In this document: piece after piece, positions 26,007 to 39,623 of the stretch
How positions within the stretch are numbered: the first letter of the stretch is position 1
How the letters are laid out: each line of letters starts with the position of its first letter
Assembly (NCBI GenBank): GCA_965285935.1
Contig: OZ260664.1
Span: forward strand, 25,420,001 to 25,484,000
Direction of reading: 5' to 3'
DNA from: Ophelia neglecta
Taxonomy: Eukaryota
Length of the DNA stretch: 64,000 bases
Notes under the pieces: generated by a model
Database searches by the model: none
What the model saw: only the letters and a program-made list of their open reading frames with translations
Told to the model about the DNA's origin: nothing
Program-made: the position numbers and the translations under genes

Positions 26007-29000
26007 GAATGTCAGACGACTCGGCACCTGGACGACTCGGCACCTATACCATTCTGCCAACTCGGCACCTAGCCCAGGACAACTCGGCACCTAGTACCAG
26101 GACGACTCGGCACCTACCAGGACGACTCGGCACCTACTATATTTTATAAATATCTTAAGACTCGGCACCTACCATCTTTTATTAAAAACCTTTATGCTTT
26201 ATACATGAAATATTTCTATATTAGCCTATCATTTTTGATCCAATTAATGGAAGATCAAGCATCTGTCTTAAGACAACTCCGCACCTACGAATTTCCCACT
26301 ATTTTCCTTGAACATATTCATTCTCCTTTTGTACTTCATGTAGGCCTATACCCAAAGAATTTGGTACCTGCCATTTTACATTCACAAAAATACCTAATCT
26401 TGTCATTTATTGTCCGGCTCGTTTCCTGCCCTTTTCAGTTCAGGGTAAACTACAATGCAATACGCCATTTATTTTTCTGAGTTCCGATTTGTGTTCGTGA
26501 CGGGGCAGCACCATCAAGTACATTTTTAGGAATGATCTTCGAATACTATTGAGTTTACTCAGGTTAGAAATTGTTAAGAAATTGGTTTACCATAATCACT
26601 TCGAAAAAAGACTAAAAACTAATGTCTTTCCGCATTTTTCCGCGAATCGGTATATACCCTTAAATATGGACTCTGAATATATAGGACTATTACTACCAAA
26701 GGTGTGCGGGCCTAGGGATGCAGGCGAGACTTATTGAAAATTTACAAGTCATAATTATATTACATGATCAATATATCAATTACCTACCCATGAATCCAGA
26801 AATTGCATAACTAACACTGTATGGAGTTTAGGCCACATCCTGATCCGCAAGATCCACAGGCATAATTTGGCTTTCCAGATTTCTTGGTACGGTTTCGAAT
26901 CTCCATGGTCCATCAACCAGGCGCGTTTAAAAATTTGATTTACCTAACAAAATCCCTCGTAAATAGCTGCATTAAAGTAATATGTGCTTGTGGGTGAGGT
27001 TAGGGTTCATGCTTTTATAAGATCATCAATAGACCGACTCTTACAAGTCTGCATTTTGTGAAAGTGTTAACGAGCGCCAAGTTGAGTGAGGCTCTATAAT
27101 CGATAAATAATTGCAAAGAAATTAATCATGTCAAAAAGGGCAAGCTTATTTTCCCGGGTATTTTACCGTCCAGAGTTACGTCACGTTAGAGGCGAAAATG
27201 TGCATCAATAGGACAGAAACAATTCGAGAATGGTATGACATTAAGACTTTGAATAAAACTGTGACTGTTAGCTTAACATGACAATAATAGGCCTACGTTT
27301 TACCTGGGATTAAAATAGAAAAAAATCTTAATCTCATGTTTTACTTGGCTAACAACTGAGAACAGACTTCAATAAACCGTCCCACAGCAATAGCAACATT
27401 GGCTACAGTATTATAAACACTAAAATGGTGTCCACGACCGAGGCCTAAATTAAATGGTCTAAGGCGGAATAATAGAATCTATTACTTATAAGCACTATAA
27501 ACATTGTTCACGACCGGCATTACTCTAAGCAACCGAATTTTTGGCAATTTGATGATTTCTGGACTAGTCCTAGACAATTAAGTCATCAAACATTATTCAA
27601 CCATTCGCGTCTCGCAGACCGGACCATATGACGGCGGATTTATTGATAATTGCGGCTGATGAGAGCCAGGTCGTCATTGAGGCGAAATACTTCCATACTT
27701 ATATCCGCGAAATGCGGATATTATGTTTTCAGTAGCGCCGCCGCCGCCGCCGCCGCCGCAGATTTTAGTCGTTAACGCGATAACTCAAAAACCATTTCGT
27801 ACATCTTTTTCAAATTCAACAGAGCCATACCCTTATTGAGAGGAGGAACTGATTAGATTCTGGTGAAAATCCAATAATTATTAATTAGTTAAAACAATTA
27901 ATTAATTACGTCAGAAACGCATTTTCTGCAATAACGCAAAAAATATTTGATACATCTTTTTCTAATTTGACACAGCCATAGACCTTATTGAGAGGAAGAC
28001 CTGTATTTATTCTGGTGAATTTCTGATAATTATTAATTAGTTAAAATAATTAATTAATTATGTCAAAAACACATTTTCTATCATATATTCCAAAGTATAG
28101 ATGATATTGGCTTGAAGTTTTGTGTCATGATTCATGTAATAACTATATACAATCTATGTAATAAGTTAACTAGTTAACTTTATTAATGACCTGAAAAAAA
28201 TTTAGTTAAGGTGGTTTTGCATTATTCTTGAGATCATATGGAACCAACTTTATTAATGACCTGCCTTATTATTGAGGTTATATAGAAGCTACTACAATCT
28301 GTGTAACAAGTTAACTAGTACTGTGTAATAAGTTAACTAGTTAACTTTATTAATGACCTGAACAAAATTAGTTAAGGCAGTTTTTCATTATTATTGAGGT
28401 CATATGGTACCTACTACAATGTGTGTAATAAGTTAACTAGTACTGTGTAATAAGTTAACTAGTTAACTTTATTAATGACCTGAAAAAAAATTAGTTAAGG
28501 CAGTTTTTCATTATTATTGAGGTCATATGGAACCTACTACAATCTGTGTAACAAGTTTACTAGTACTGTGTAATAAGTTAACTAGTTAACTTTATTAATG
28601 ACCTGAAATTTTTTTAGTTAAGGTCGTTTTGCATTATTATTGAGGTCATATGACACCAACATTAAGAATGACCTGCATTATTATTGAGGTCAAATAGAAC
28701 TTACTACAATCTGTGTAATAAGTTAACTAGTACTGTGTAATAAGTTAACTAGTTTAACTTTATTAATGACCTGAACAAAAATTAGTTGAGGTCGTTATCT
28801 TTTGTGCCAACTAAAAACTACCATATTCACTACCTGGCCTTATGCCATGTTCCCCATTCCATTATTGCACGCATTCGCGGATATACCCTTGCTGTCGGCC
28901 CCCCGACAGCGTTGGCCTAGTTATTATTTTTTTCCCATAATTATACTGTTTCAAAAATTGTCACAATCACGGGAAAAAATTCCGATTTCGAGACAACCTC

Positions 29001-30058
29001 TGGAAAGTTACTGTTTACAGTCACGGCGAAATAAAGACAATGTACAGACAATAAGTTCGGTAAATACATTTACCCGGCACATCGTCATTAAGGCAAAAAT
29101 TATTTAATAATCAATATTCTCCCTATATAGATACTGGTCAAAGGCATCCACTACGCAAGAGGGGATAAAATTAATGACACAAGAGAGTGTGATAAAGATA
29201 TGACAATATGACTTATCATAATATGAAATTATGACTGTAAGTTAAATGTGACAATATTTTTCTATGATAGTATGTTTATAGATATATTTATCAGGGCCAT
29301 ATAGCAATGTTTTGGGTAATAGAGATGTACATAATAATATTCGCATTATTGTTCACATTCATTTACCATACTCAGAACCATGTAGGTAAAAAATACATCG
29401 CAGGATCGCCTTCGAATAAAATAAAATAAGGGTTGGCCTTTTTTAGGAGGGGGTTCGGGGTGGAGCAAAATATACATCTTATACCTACAGACGGGATGCG
29501 CTGTGAAAGGTCACAGTTAGCTCAGTCATCGGGACCAGTCAGTTGATAAGACGTATACACGTATATGTCTTAAGACTCGGCACCTGAACAATTATTACAT
29601 GACTGTAATCCTATGAGTGTAAAAAAATAACTATGATCATAGGTGCCGATCCTTCCCAGTTCCAGGTGCCGAGTCATCTTTGGGCAGGTGCCCAGTTGTC
29701 CATTTCGGACTGTTCGGCACATGATCAATAAATATTTAAGTGGAATTTCGTTGGCGTCGTGTCCCGGCAACAGTATCAAGCATAACCTACAAGTTTTGCG
29801 ACTTCAATAAAAATTGTAGGTACCGAGTCTCAAGTTTAAAGATTTAAATGAAAAATATTCGTTCCTGAGTCGTCCCAGTCCCATGTGCCCAGTCGTCCCA
29901 ATCCCAGGTGCCGAGTTGTCCTGATACCAGGTGCCGAGTCGTCCTGGGCCAGGTGCCGAGTTGTCCTGGGCCAGGTGCCGAGTTGTCCTGGGCCAGGTGC
30001 CGAGTTGGCAGAATGGTATAGGTGCCGAGTCGTCCAGGTGCCGAGTCGTCTTGATACC
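26007..30058. mobile_element. Non-autonomous foldback/MULE-like DNA transposon (about 4.05 kb) with long internally repetitive TIRs
   Basis: Left end GAATGTCAGACGACTCGGCACCTGGACGACTCGGCACCTATACCATTCTGCCAACTCGGCACCT is inverted at 29880-30058. TIRs are built of many (G/A)ACTCGGCACCT units. Perfect 8-bp TSD ATATTCAC at 25999-26006 and 30059-30066. No transposase ORF. Confidence 0.88.
27699..28922 (+). mobile_element. Helentron-associated interspersed element (HINE/DINE-1-like), nested in the foldback element
   Basis: 5' subTIR TATATCCGCGAAATGCG (27700) with its inverse CGCATTCGCGGATATA (28870-28885). (CCG)n microsatellite near the 5' end, central 122/167-bp tandem units, 3' hairpin GCTGTCGG-CCCC-CCGACAGC (28891-28910), CTAG end, TT at both boundaries. 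Confidence 0.8.
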
Positions 30059-30289
30059 ATATTCACCACAGAAGCAGCCCTGTCATTAGCAGCCGGCAGC
30101 CGGCGATTTCGCCGCCTACTAGCCGAGAATCGCCGCCTACTCGGGAGGAATTTCCGTGAAATTATAGCAGGATTTTTCGAGTTTTGTAGTTTTATTTCAA
30201 TTCTCGCGCTTGTCGGACAAAAAAAAATCAAAATACTTGACAGAACTATCGCATTTTATTGCATCGTGAGCATTCCGCAATCCTGGGCG

Positions 30290-30420
30290 GCCATGACAGA
30301 TACCGCGAGATACAGCGCGAGATTTCAACATGTATAGCAGTAGACCAAACAAAATGGCGAAGCGGAGCTGGCGTTGGAGGTAGCCGCCTACATTTAAGCA
30401 TGGCCTGGCTACTCTAAAAG
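30290..30420 (+). promoter_or_regulatory. Probable DEPDC7 promoter / first-exon region
   Basis: CpG-rich patch with two CGCGAGA motifs and a YY1-type AAAATGGCG (30351), about 1.4 kb upstream of the first resolved exon. Confidence 0.4.
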
Positions 30421-31791
30421 TTAGTGACAGGCCTGCAGAAGTCATAAGAGATTTGACAGATGGCTGTTGGAGTCTGACTGCACATGTCACCAGTGTACAT
30501 CTGTATAGGGTATTTACTTGAACTTCATACTGTTGTGGGTGTGGAACATGTTGATACTTGATAGTTTTGTGAGGGTTAAAAATGGGAGTAGAACTACTAC
30601 TCCTATCTACTCCTTCCTAGTAATATTTTCAAGTCTCAATAAACGAATGCCCTTAGTGATATGTAGGGTGTACAACAGATTAGTTCAATGTAACACTTAG
30701 TGATGGAAAGTTATTCCTTTTTTGTGAGAAAACTCCAATATTATTCTCAACTGTTTGCATTTCTCAAGCAGTCTTTCAAATCATTCTGCAAAATAACTTT
30801 GCTGTTTAATTACAAGGATCAAGTATGCAGTTCTGCAAATGTGTCAGATCTAATTTTTATTTGTATTAAAAGAAATACCGATTAGCTTTGCTTACTTAAT
30901 TTGAACCCCCAATTGGGTCTCCTACCGACAACAACTCGATAAGTGCCAACAGATAACTTAACTGGTCCCCCCTCAACCCCTTCTTTTCTTTTTTGTTTGT
31001 TGCACTTTATTTCCACCCATTGATGCCCCCCAAATAAAAATTTCACAATTGTAAGATGTTAGCTATCACACAGCAAATTGGCAGGCTGTCACATGCCAAG
31101 CCAGACTTTCCTATACAATAACAGAGGTTTTGGACCTTGTTATTTCATTAGTATAGATAAATTTTAAGGGAGTACCACTGTTGTGGCAAGCATTAAACAC
31201 CCATGGATGAAAACCCACAATAACCCTCAAATGTTGTATATTGTGCTTATCAGGGTTGTGTAAATATGCGCCGGAATTCATGTAAAAAGGGCAATTCTAA
31301 AGTTTCTTTGTATCTACATAATTCAATAAATTCATGTTTGTGTTTTGACTTCCAAAATACCAGTTCTAATATGAAAGCAGAGCTTCATGCAAGCCAGCAG
31401 TTTAATGCTGTTGTAGTGCTGCCTTAAAATCTTTGTTTTGCAATTTTGTTTAATTACATTGTGGTATTTGCAGCTTAGGAGGGACAGCATTACGTTTTCT
31501 GCAAGCATTAAGTTTGTTTAGACTACTTAATCTGGTTTATTTATCTGTAGAAATACAGATACAGAAATGTAGAGGTACACATGTATATATCCCTCAATAT
31601 TTATCCTGTACTTTCAACTCTTGTTTGAGCTTTTTTCAGTGACAGGAATAAGGCACTCCTTAAACAGTTCAAGATTATTTGCCACTTTACCCTGCTTTTA
31701 AAAAACACTGAGAGATTATTCTAGTACACGAGTGTCATTGCATGAATACTTATTTACAAGGTCTATATATTTTCCTTTCTTTCTGTTTCAG

Positions 31792-34700
31792 CTGGTCCAT
31801 TCCGTGCAACACATCTCTGGAATGAGATTGTTCAAAATTTGAAGGACCATGTGAAAGTGAAGCGGTCAAGGGGGAGAGTAAAAGGTTATAATTGCTGTTT
31901 TTCTGGAAGCTCTGCTGTGGATGTTGTCTTCAGTCATCTCCAAGCTGATGCTACAAATTTCAGCGATAAGAATGTTTCCAGAGAAAAAGCTGCCAAGGTA
32001 CATAAGACAAATATGAACGTTTGCTTTGTGTATACATGTGCATATACCAACTTGCTGAGCAATCAAGTAATGATTTTTTTTTGTGGTAAAACTGAGATAA
32101 AAGCATCCATTTGTATTTAAGAGAATTTGGTAAATTATGAGATCAACTTGTTTTCAGTTATGCCAATTGATGATGGACTTCCACATCTTTGAAAAAAAAG
32201 GAAAGGGCAAAGACAATCACAGCCTCAGTCCTTTTGAAGACAGTAGTACAAAGTTTTATCAGTTTGTATGTGATGACGACGAGGCAGTGGTCAGGCAACA
32301 AAGTGACTTTGGATTCATAAACCAAGCCTGTACTGAACATGAAGACTTCCTTCGACCTGAGGGTAAACTGAGGTGAGGTACTACTGCAAGTTCATTCCAT
32401 GGTCTTGTTCTTGTAAATACTTAGCTGTTGAAAATAATATGTGAAATTTGCCGACTAAGACTACAATAACATTGTGCTTGTCTATTGAATTTTCTTCATT
32501 TATAAATGGCCCTATTCAACTGAAAAAATTGCCTGAGTCTCCTGAGCCAGAATGTTAGTTTCAATCTTCAAAGGCTGTAAAGACTTAATACATGTTTCAA
32601 TAAAAGCTGTTTAGTAAGATCATTTTTTGGTCTGTGATACAATTTTCCACAAAGATTGTTCTGCGTTGATGTTAAAAAAATAAAATCCGTTACTTTTTCA
32701 GAATTACTAAGGAGACTGAGGTAGAAATGGCAGACAAAGAGAATGACATCAGTCAACCGGGGAATACAAGCAGACATGGCCAGGTGGTGCAGGAGATAAT
32801 GGAGCTAACTGGATCGTGGAAACGGTACAGCGCAGAATGTCTGAAAAAGTTAACTCCTGCCAAACTATTCCAGCGCAGAGCTTCGCTACCAGACACCAGT
32901 ATACTGAGTGTCAAGTCAGACACCAGTATAGACGTAGACCGAATCCCTCCTGCAGGTAAATCATGGGCTACCTTTTTTTTTGATATTTGGTCATAGTTAT
33001 TCTTATTAGAAAATACTGATTGGCAATGTCAGGGTTTAAAAGAAAAGGTGGTACCTTTACTAGAAGATGGCGCCATGCTTTCCCAACATTTCAAGCAGAT
33101 TAGTTACCCATGGACAGCTCATACATTTTGTAATGTCTGTTGATTTAGAAGCTGATTTGCCGTTGCTATTATTCACATACCTTTTTTTAACACTTGGCTT
33201 GTACATCACGGATCAATTTCCCATTGTGCGCTGATTCCTTCGGTGTTTTCATATCTGGTAGAGTGAATCTTGTTTATCAATATGGAGCATATACTTAAAA
33301 ATGTATTAATGAAATGCACCCGAAGCTGCTTGTGATTAGCCAGCAAAGTTTTGGGAGGACCAATCTTTCTGACCTGATTTTTTTGCATTTGTCAAGCTTT
33401 AACTAAAATCTTTTCCCTTAGTGGTAGAATTTAGTGGAGGACCTAACCACTGTAAGCAGGGTACTCTGTTGATAATTTTTCAAAAATTCTTAACCAACAT
33501 ATTTAAAATGATGGCCTAACTACCCATCAAAATAGATGCAAGCATTCAAAATAAAATGGCTTAGTACATACATGTACAAAGAGAGCAGCTAATCAGATGT
33601 TATAACCTCCCTCATCCATCAACTTTCTTTAAATCCCACTCATATTTAATATGTAATGGATCATTGTCATCTTTGGTTTGAAGATTCTTGCCAAATGAGC
33701 CACTCTTTTCAATAATCATAACTGTATCCATTTAAATTTTTCAAGTTAAGCAAATAAATGTTTCAATCTCTATTCCTCATTCAATTCTGATGTCATCATC
33801 TTCACATAATACTTCTTATCAAATTATTAAACACAGCCTGTTGTAGATTGAAGCTTGTTAAGTTTTCATCACCAAGGGTTTTTATAACTGCAAAAATCTC
33901 ATGATTGACAGATCCCTATCTTAATATTCATCAGAATTAATGTGTGATGTTTTTTCACAGTGGAAGAAGAACTGGTAAAAGAAGTAGCCCTCAGCCAGTT
34001 GTTGACACTCGTGGATCTGCCAGTGTTAGAAAATATATTGAACTATGACTCGACATCGCCCAGAACAAGCTCCCAGGGAGGGGTGGCTTACTCAAATCTT
34101 GCCTTTAGGAGATATGAAAGCATTTATTCAATCTTTTCTGACCGGTATGTATATAAAACTCTAAGATATCAATATAACATTTTGTCCTTGGGTGTGTTTA
34201 TTATTTTGATTCTTTCGTATGGGTGTTTTTAATGTATTTTCTGGCCTTTAAGATCTGATGAAGATACCTGGTGGGAGGCAGGCCTTGACTGTCTTGAGAA
34301 CCATCCTAAAGGCTTGGAGCTGTTAGACGATTCTCTCTCGGAGGACACTGATCTCACCCAGAAGTTAAGGATGTACCAGTCAATAGCAGACCACTACACT
34401 AATCTCTCTGAGCCACTCTGGTCTGACAAGTTTGTCGACCTCCACCTAGGACTCTTCAATCTTCTGATGCAGAGCCGTAGAGACATTGCCCTTAAAGCCT
34501 TGCAGCTGGCGATGATTCTACTTCACAACCAGGAAAGGGAAGAACTAAGAAGGCTGCTAAGATTCCTGAAATATGCTGCAGACGATGAAGCTATCAGCCT
34601 TAGTAGTACTGTAAGTTTTGTGTTAATATAGTAAAATCATATTTCAGAATATATGGTGCTCTTAACTATACTACTATCTTCCATTGCAGAGTTTGTGGCA

Positions 34701-36312
34701 ATAGTCAATCATAATTATTTTCTACATGATATATCCATGCATTCTTTGACAACTGCGGTGAAACCTGGCCTAGGGGACACCTGGCGGTTAGGGACACACT
34801 GACTATTAAGGACATTGTTTTTGGTACAGTTGTAATACTTTACATGTAAAATAACCTTTGAAATAAGGACAACTTACAAAAGAGGACAGATTTCCCAGTC
34901 CGTTGGCTGTCCCTGGTTGTCAGGTTTCACTGTATGTATTGTGGAAATGCGGGTGCTCGCTCATGGGCCTGGGCGGTGGGTGGCTGTGGGTCGGGCTATT
35001 CGCTCGGCTAGTGGCCGCTCGCTGCTCGGGTCCATGGGCGGGCTCCCGCATAATATAAAATTAAATTGTACAAGAAAAAAATATGTTGTAGGTCCATGAG
35101 ATTAATAAAAAAAAAAAAAAATAATGATTATTTTCTATTTTTGTTATGTTGCAGTTTTTTGGTTGAACATCGTGCAATGATAATTTATGCAAATTATTGT
35201 ACATGTGACGTTCTATGTATAGATATACCCTCCTATGTATACTTGTGACCTTCTATGTATAGATGACAAACAGAGAGCTGATAGAGAGAACATTTACAAG
35301 CTGTGTGGTTAGGAACAAGATTATGACCCCTCACCAGTCTGGCCAGCTGTTTCTGTTCATGGTGGACAGAGCGTTTGAGATGTTGGACACTCCTGAGGAG
35401 GTGGAGGACGCTGTCTTTACAAGGATGAGGGCCATCATCAGAGGTCGCACCAAATTACCCAGAATAGGTCAGTTGAAATGAACAAAGAGAACATGCAAAT
35501 CTGAACACTTGTACATGTTTAATGTTCAGTCTTAAGTTTCAATGTATATAAATAATGTAAAAGCAACATGGGGTGTTTAAAATATAAATTGGAAAAGTAT
35601 AACAGCTAGTTGTAAAAGAATTAACTAATTCTATGTCTAGAAATGGTTTCCACTGTTCTAAAATTATCCATTTTGATCTGCCACTATGCAAAAAGTACCG
35701 GTATGTAGAATTTTGGTTCGACCTTACAAACAATTGCTTCCCCTCCTCACCAATCAAAGTCAATGTTGAATTCTGAACCGTGTTCCTGTCTATCTAACCT
35801 CTATATTGTCAAATGGATTTGCCTTGGCCCATTCATTATACTGGGCCTTCAGTGATCTCCCTAGGAGAACTGAGTGGGCAAATAATCTTGCATTCACAAA
35901 GTGGATGGGATATTTTAAAGAAAAATATTCACAATATGCACCAATTAATAGAGAGGAGCCTAAATTGTGTGAGATTTTCTCTGTGTGGGAATTATCAATG
36001 ATGAGAGAATATACCAATATATTTCACTTAAGGTGATCCCTATTCATTATGGATGTCTCATAAGTGTATTAACAAGTGACTCGTTGTAAATATCAAGCCA
36101 TCTTTTTTTCAGAAAAAACCTACTGTACCCAGGTGACTGAATATGAATACAAGAAACAACAAACTGAGCAGACGGAGTTGTGTCTAGTGGATCTCATGAA
36201 CAGTATCTTAGATGACACCAAACTCTCCCTGAAAGACAAGAAACAAAGGCTCAAACAGTTCCAGAAACATCATCCAAATCTATTTGAGAAACATTTCTCA
36301 GATATGTTGTGA
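31792..36312 (+). CDS. DEPDC7: DEP domain-containing protein 7-like (N-terminal DEP domain plus RhoGAP-like domain); start codon exon unresolved, probably near 30330-30420
   Basis: Exons 31792-31997, 32158-32372, 32702-32955, 33961-34144, 34253-34610, 35263-35467, 36113-36312, all phase-consistent. Motifs GPFRATHLWNEI..CFSGSSAVDVVFSHL, FEDSSTKFYQF, EDTWWEAGLDCLE, REELRRLLRF and LSLKDKKQRLKQFQKHHPNLF match DEPDC7/DEPDC4/DEPDC1-type proteins. Confidence 0.88.
34756..34932. mobile_element. Tc1/mariner (pogo/Tigger-like) MITE in a DEPDC7 intron
   Basis: CGGTGAAACCTG ... CAGGTTTCACTG|TA, with internal GGACA repeats. Confidence 0.6.
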
Positions 36313-38129
36313 ACAAGCAGCTCATTTATTATGAGGTAAATTGTAAATTTACTTGCATATTTTGATGAAAGATTGTAAAAGTTGGAGTGTATGTGACCAT
36401 GGAAGTTTTGTAAATTGTACATTGAATACCTTGAGCTCACAAATGGGCAAAATGCCCCAAAGTAGTGGGAACTATTTCAGAAAGGAGTAACTTTATTTCT
36501 CACTTTCCCATTTATGAGTGATTTATATGATATCACAAAGTGAATATGACGCAATATGTTTATCTAGTGAAGATGGCCGCCAAAATCACTTTACTACTCT
36601 CATATACAAAAAATTGATTTGGTCCGTGCCAGGTTGGTGGGAAAAAATAGTTGTTATACATTGTATAGTGTAAATAAAGTTATAATCAATGCAAACTGAT
36701 AATAACAGTGATGCAGTTGGCAATCTGTTCTCATGAAATAATTGACTGGTGTACCAATGACATCATTTCTAAAAGTTTAGTAGTATAAAATTGACCTATT
36801 ATAGATGTTGGTGCAATAAATATGAGACCTTTTAAACAAGCTTTATGTGTGTATCTATGTGTATAATATATTGTTAATACTTTTTGTGCTTATATAATTT
36901 AATAAATGTAGAAAGTAATATATTTTGTCAATTTATATATCCAATAGCCTTGTTGTTTTGTGTCATTTGTATGTATAGTCTCCCAGAATATTCATGGACT
37001 AATATCATATTGTGTTTTCTTCCTGAAAAAATCTTGCAAACCTTGTTAGATATATATAATGTACAAGCCATATTGTTATGTATAATTATCACTAGTATAG
37101 CAAATCAAACTAAGAGGAAATCCCATTATTTATTCATGTGCTGTTTAACCGTGCTAACTTCCTCTATGTTAAATGTATAAATTGTACAAAGACTACTAGC
37201 TTGATTCTCTAAGCCAAATTAGACAATTTGATTTCTTGTTCGTTGCTTGCTTATTTTTTGCCCATCATTTAATAATGAATTATTTGGATTTTGAACATTT
37301 TCTGAGGTAATTATGTATACTCATTATTGTGTGCAAAATAAACCATTAACAGATGTCATTGTTGCCTCATATATATCTATATCATATCTTAAAATCTCAC
37401 ATTCAGGTGCACAGAGATCACTAGAGACAAGACAGAATAATTTGTATGTCAGAAACTAATCATATTTTATTCTTTACTATTTTAAGCGTCCAAGGAATAC
37501 GATAAATGATTAATTGTAGCTTCAGGTGCGGATTTGTTTCCTTTTTCTGTCATTAGAAGAAAGTAGGTCACATTTATATATCTTTGCACCCCTTGCAGTA
37601 TTCATTTAATATACTCATCCCAGGCGGCCTGCAATTAAATCAACGTATCATTAAAACTCGGCAATGAATGAGTTGTACCAGAAGGTCCAGTGTTTTAGTT
37701 ATTATATATATTAATGTGCAAATATGACATCATTGACCTCATTTTTTTTCAGTTGTTCACCATTGTACACAGAAATTGAATAAAGCATGGATGATTACCC
37801 ATTTATTTGTCGTAAAATGGCATCAGATGTTAACTTTGCATGAGTAATATGGCTGATAAAAACGTTTTTGTGAAAATTTATATTAATTTGACCTTTGACC
37901 CAGCCTTCTGACCTCACCCACTGTCAGTTAGATACACTTAAGGAGTGACCTTTCTCTTTGGCCAGGGTGTCCTCTTTCGAAAAATAGCCACCAAAGAAAT
38001 GGTCACTTCCAGCAAATAAATGACCCCGGACTCTTGGACTAATAGCAATATCCCTGGTGAAACGGGACGATTTTAGCCGAGAAGAATCTACCTTCCCTTT
38101 ACCATTTATTGTTATTCTCTAGTCATACC

Positions 38130-38188
38130 AAATTGTATTGTAATGCGCTCATGAGCATACTATGGAATAAGCGCAAAATAAATTGTAC

Positions 38189-38223
<35 letters not shown>
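38130..38223 (+). mobile_element. Probable 3' tail of an L2/CR1-type LINE or SINE
   Basis: TGTAATGCGCTCATGAG..ATAAGCGC..ATAAAT followed by a (TAA)n tail. Confidence 0.4.
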
Positions 38224-39426
38224 TCCCACTACGTACATTATGAATATTAACAGTTGCTGTTCAAAGCACTTCCCCCCGTTTTGCGCGGAATAAGGCTAAC
38301 TGCTTATTTACTTATGCCCGGAATGCGGCTAAACTTTTCGTAGGCCTAATGGCCCGCACATTCCCCAATACCTATCTTTATCATCGAATCAGAAAATAGT
38401 CTTTACTCAACGTGTTAATTCTAAACCTAATCATTTAACTTTACAGCTTTCTTATTGTAAATCTAAACCGGAAACTGCTTTATTTGGTCAAACATTCTAT
38501 AAACTTAAGCCCAGTGGAGTCCACGCGTTCAAGTCTTATCGTTCTATGTACTCCGTGGAGTTTTTAACATACTCTATCACATCCAACAGTTCGACATAAC
38601 TAAGCTTAGTCGAAATGAATATAAAACTTCTTCAAGTGAACGACAACAAACTTTAATTAAATGCCATACGGCCTGTGTTCATTTTTATTTATTTTATTTT
38701 ATTTTAATACAATTCCCTGTGGGCAAACCGGCATTAGATTTAATATGTTTAAGGTAGTCATTGTCGGTTGAACCCTTAAATGTAACAGGCTGATGGTTAC
38801 TAGGATCGTTATGAGAATGATCAATACTGATTCACACCCATGTGGTGCTATGGGTAGGGCTAATTGTTCACAGGAAATATGAACAAGGGTTATTGGTGGG
38901 TAGTTAAAGTATAGGGTATGTGTGCTTTTTAGAACTGTCGAAACGTACAGAATTCAGCATCCATTCCCAGGTCAGATTTTGACCTTTAGATTTTAATTCT
39001 TGTTTAATGCACCCATCCGTGTATTACGAACTATGCCATTCTCTGACATTCAAGCAAAAATTCGTCAGAGTTACGGCCGTGCTGCAAATTTACGGCACAG
39101 GACACATACTTATAAAGTGAATTAACAACTGAGGCTTGGTCATCGGTGCTTAAGACAACAAAAAAATCCCAAGGTTGTTGAAGAACCACCTGTGACAAAT
39201 AAACGTGTATTTGTCAAGCATCAACGAAACTATGGCGACATGCATAATTGTTGTTTTTCTTATATCTAAGCTGATTAACGATTCAAAGGTGTGTTTTTTT
39301 TTCGGTTAAAATGAGTAATTTGTCATCAATACCACGTCCAGTGAGAAGTGCGCAGGTACTGATTTTGGACCTGCGCACGCATGTCTCAAAACAGTTCCAA
39401 TGTTCTAATGATTTGGAGAGCTGACC

Positions 39427-39623
39427 CAGTGGCGGATTCAGGGGGGAGGGGGGGCAGGGTCCCGCCCCTCCTCCCTTTTGCCAAAGAGTGCGCCTGGCCC
39501 AGGGCCTATTTCTGGCCCATGCAAAATGGTCAGAGGGTTGGTAACGGGGACAATCCAGACATGTGCATTGTCAGCCTTGGAAAATTCCCCCCCCCCCTTC
39601 CTGAAGTAATGTATCCGCCACTG
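39427..39623. mobile_element. GC-rich MITE
   Basis: TIR CAGTGGCGGAT ... ATCCGCCACTG; CTGAC on both flanks; poly-G/poly-C interior. Confidence 0.6.

Noticed and set aside
29836-30337. 131-aa and 150-aa ORFs
   Set aside because: They are translations of the repetitive transposon TIR and the adjacent GC-rich promoter region, with no transposase motifs.
30330-30383. ATG-containing candidate first coding exon of DEPDC7 (MYSSRPNKMAKRSWRWR*)
   Set aside because: No convincing phase-1 donor joins it to the exon at 31792; left unresolved.
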